Shown: piece after piece, positions 48,523 to 49,999 of the stretch | How positions within the stretch are numbered: the stretch's first letter is position 1 | How the letters are laid out: every line of letters begins with the position of its first letter | Origin: Chromera velia | Taxonomy: Eukaryota | Length of the DNA stretch: 49,999 nucleotides | Direction: 5' to 3' | Assembly (NCBI GenBank): GCA_018398765.1 | Contig: JAHBMJ010000348.1 | Span: 1-49,999, forward strand | The notes under the pieces: model-generated | The model's input: the letters and a program-made list of their open reading frames with translations, nothing else | Database searches by the model: none | Told to the model about the DNA's origin: nothing | Position numbers and translations under genes: made by a program

Positions 48523-49493
48523 CGTAATTCTATTGAAAGGGATCGGAATCAATCAAAATACGGCCAGACCCACCTACTGTTAGACACAAGGTAAGGGGGA
48601 AGCTGTAGGTGTTGAATGCAGATGAATTTCTCTTGGGGGGTGGTATCAAAGCCGAGAGCCTTCAGACCGAGAGAGGACTGTCGGTTGTGGGCCCAGACTT
48701 GATAGCTGTACTGGTCTAACAAGAAGACGCTTAAGTTTTGTGGGTTACTTACAAAGGCAGCGTTCCTTTCGAGGGCTTCCTTGACAAGGAGGCGGGCTTG
48801 TTCCTCTCTTTCGGAAACTGCTCTATCGGGAGGGGAACCAACAACGGCTTTGAGTACCTTGGTTGTCTGAGCCGTGCTCTGGTCAAAGTTGATGGGTGGT
48901 CTTTTCTGTCTGTTTTCTTGAGTGGGAAGTATTTTGTCGAAGTATAAAGAAAAAGGGGAAGAAAGAAAGAAAATTTGGCAGCGCTTCGCGATGAATTCCT
49001 GTCGGATGAGAAATCTATACAGAGGACAGAAAGGGAGACTTGTCAGCGATTTTGACAGCGTTTCGCGTTCTGGTCCTGTTCAATCTGTGTTTTGGAGCAA
49101 TCTACTCGTCAGTGGATTGGCCAAAGGGGATAGGAGTGAAGGCGTATTCGTGGCTGTTGCTAGGTAGGTGTAGGCGATGGGGTTCGAGAGGCACAAGATC
49201 CAGAGATGTAATTCGTGCACACATATCTGTGAAGTCTCCGATGTAGGAATTCCAGCGAAGAGGGGTAGAGACAGCTAGATCTAGAGGGAGGAGATGATTG
49301 TGGACGAAGAGAGCACGCAGATGTTTGGTCTCGAATGAGAGAAAGTAGCCAAAGTACTTGCCTCTCACAGGTCTCCTGATACCTGGTTTCTTCGCGAGGA
49401 AGAGGGTGGTCTCAGTAGCTTGGATAGAAGCGATTTTGTTCACGTTAAGCCCTAGAGGGGACTTGTTCCTGTTTCTCAGGTCAGATACAGTTG

Positions 49494-49520
49494 AGGTTCG
49501 ACTCTCACTGGTTATCACCA
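49494..49520 (-). promoter_or_regulatory. Primer-binding site (tRNA identity not determined)
   Basis: Minus strand TGGTGATAACCAGTGAGAGTCGAACC begins 2 nt after the LTR end; the + strand reads like a tRNA 3' end (GGTTCGACTCTCAC...ACCA). Confidence 0.75.
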
Positions 49521-49522
49521 CG

Positions 49523-49999
49523 TGTTCCGGGCTCTTCCGGACTCAGTAGGTCAGAAGAAGCCGGAACGGAAGAATAGAACTAGAATTGGAGTTGAATATA
49601 TCTTTTAATTATTCACTCAGTGTTATTGAAGTCAGTGAAGGTCGGTTTAGATCGCTTCAAGTCAATTCTTCTAGAAGGTAAGTCAACTCGATTTGGGATT
49701 CAATTCTGTTACTCCGAGGTCAAGTTTTTAATCGATTCTTTCTTTTCTTTTTTTTTTCAAAGTTGCATTTTATGCTTGTTTCCTGCAAAGGTTGCCAATT
49801 GTGAAAGTGTATCAATTGTGTAAGTGTATCATGTTTGACAGACTTTCATTTTTGAAAGTGTATCAAGTTTGACATACTTTGCCTTAACCGATACAGAACC
49901 GATTAATCGGCTTTGTATCGGTGTATCATCAGACTCATTGCTTAACCTTCTATCAATCTATTTTCCATCTTTCTTATTAACTCTATTGCTTTTTTTTTT
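49523..49999 (-). repeat. 5' LTR (partial, cut by window end)
   Basis: Aligns to 37226 to about 37711. Confidence 0.95.

Larger units (their letters stand above)
37226..49999 (-). mobile_element. Large chromodomain Ty3/gypsy LTR retrotransposon with accessory region (extends beyond window)
   Basis: Direct repeats starting TGTTC at 37226 and 49523 (about 97% identical over the visible ~480 bp); PBS, gag, pol, chromodomain, extra ORFs and PPT in the expected order on the minus strand. Confidence 0.93.

Noticed and set aside
48641..48653. TGGTATCAAAGCC resembling a plant tRNA-iMet PBS
   Set aside because: Wrong strand for this element and no adjacent LTR end; the supported PBS is at 49520.
49490..49520. 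tRNA gene
   Set aside because: Only a 3' fragment with encoded CCA next to an LTR; no D or anticodon arm seen.
49102..49521. 139-aa ORF in the 5' leader of the Ty3 element
   Set aside because: Non-ATG start overlapping the PBS and no recognisable features.

Overview
Eukaryotic, transposon-dense nuclear DNA. GT-AG introns filled with microsatellites, a Cys-rich secreted protein and many TGCATGCA motifs suggest an alveolate such as a chromerid (inference, not provable here). Mobile elements: (1) a Gag-only LTR element (1537-7528) whose 5' LTR is split by an antisense, 5'-truncated Ty1/copia pol segment; (2) a decayed CRE-like non-LTR retrotransposon (about 12.4-17.4 kb) abutted by (3) a chromodomain Ty3/gypsy element (17.4-23.2 kb); (4) a >12.7 kb chromodomain Ty3/gypsy element (37226 to window end) with about 4 kb of extra, partly coding sequence between pol and its 3' LTR; and several inverted-repeat elements. 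Host genes: a 5-exon Cys-rich secreted protein, a multi-exon hypothetical gene, an F-box/CxxC-repeat protein, and a spliced gene fragment cut by element 4. The most striking signals are (a) repeat copies that differ almost only by C/T and G/A transitions (20 of 20 substitutions in a 259-bp tandem duplication), suggesting RIP-like or methylation-driven hypermutation of repeats, (b) the divergent gag/pol composite LTR element, and (c) a ~609-codon accessory ORF of unknown type in the env position of element 4. All counts and alignments were made by eye.
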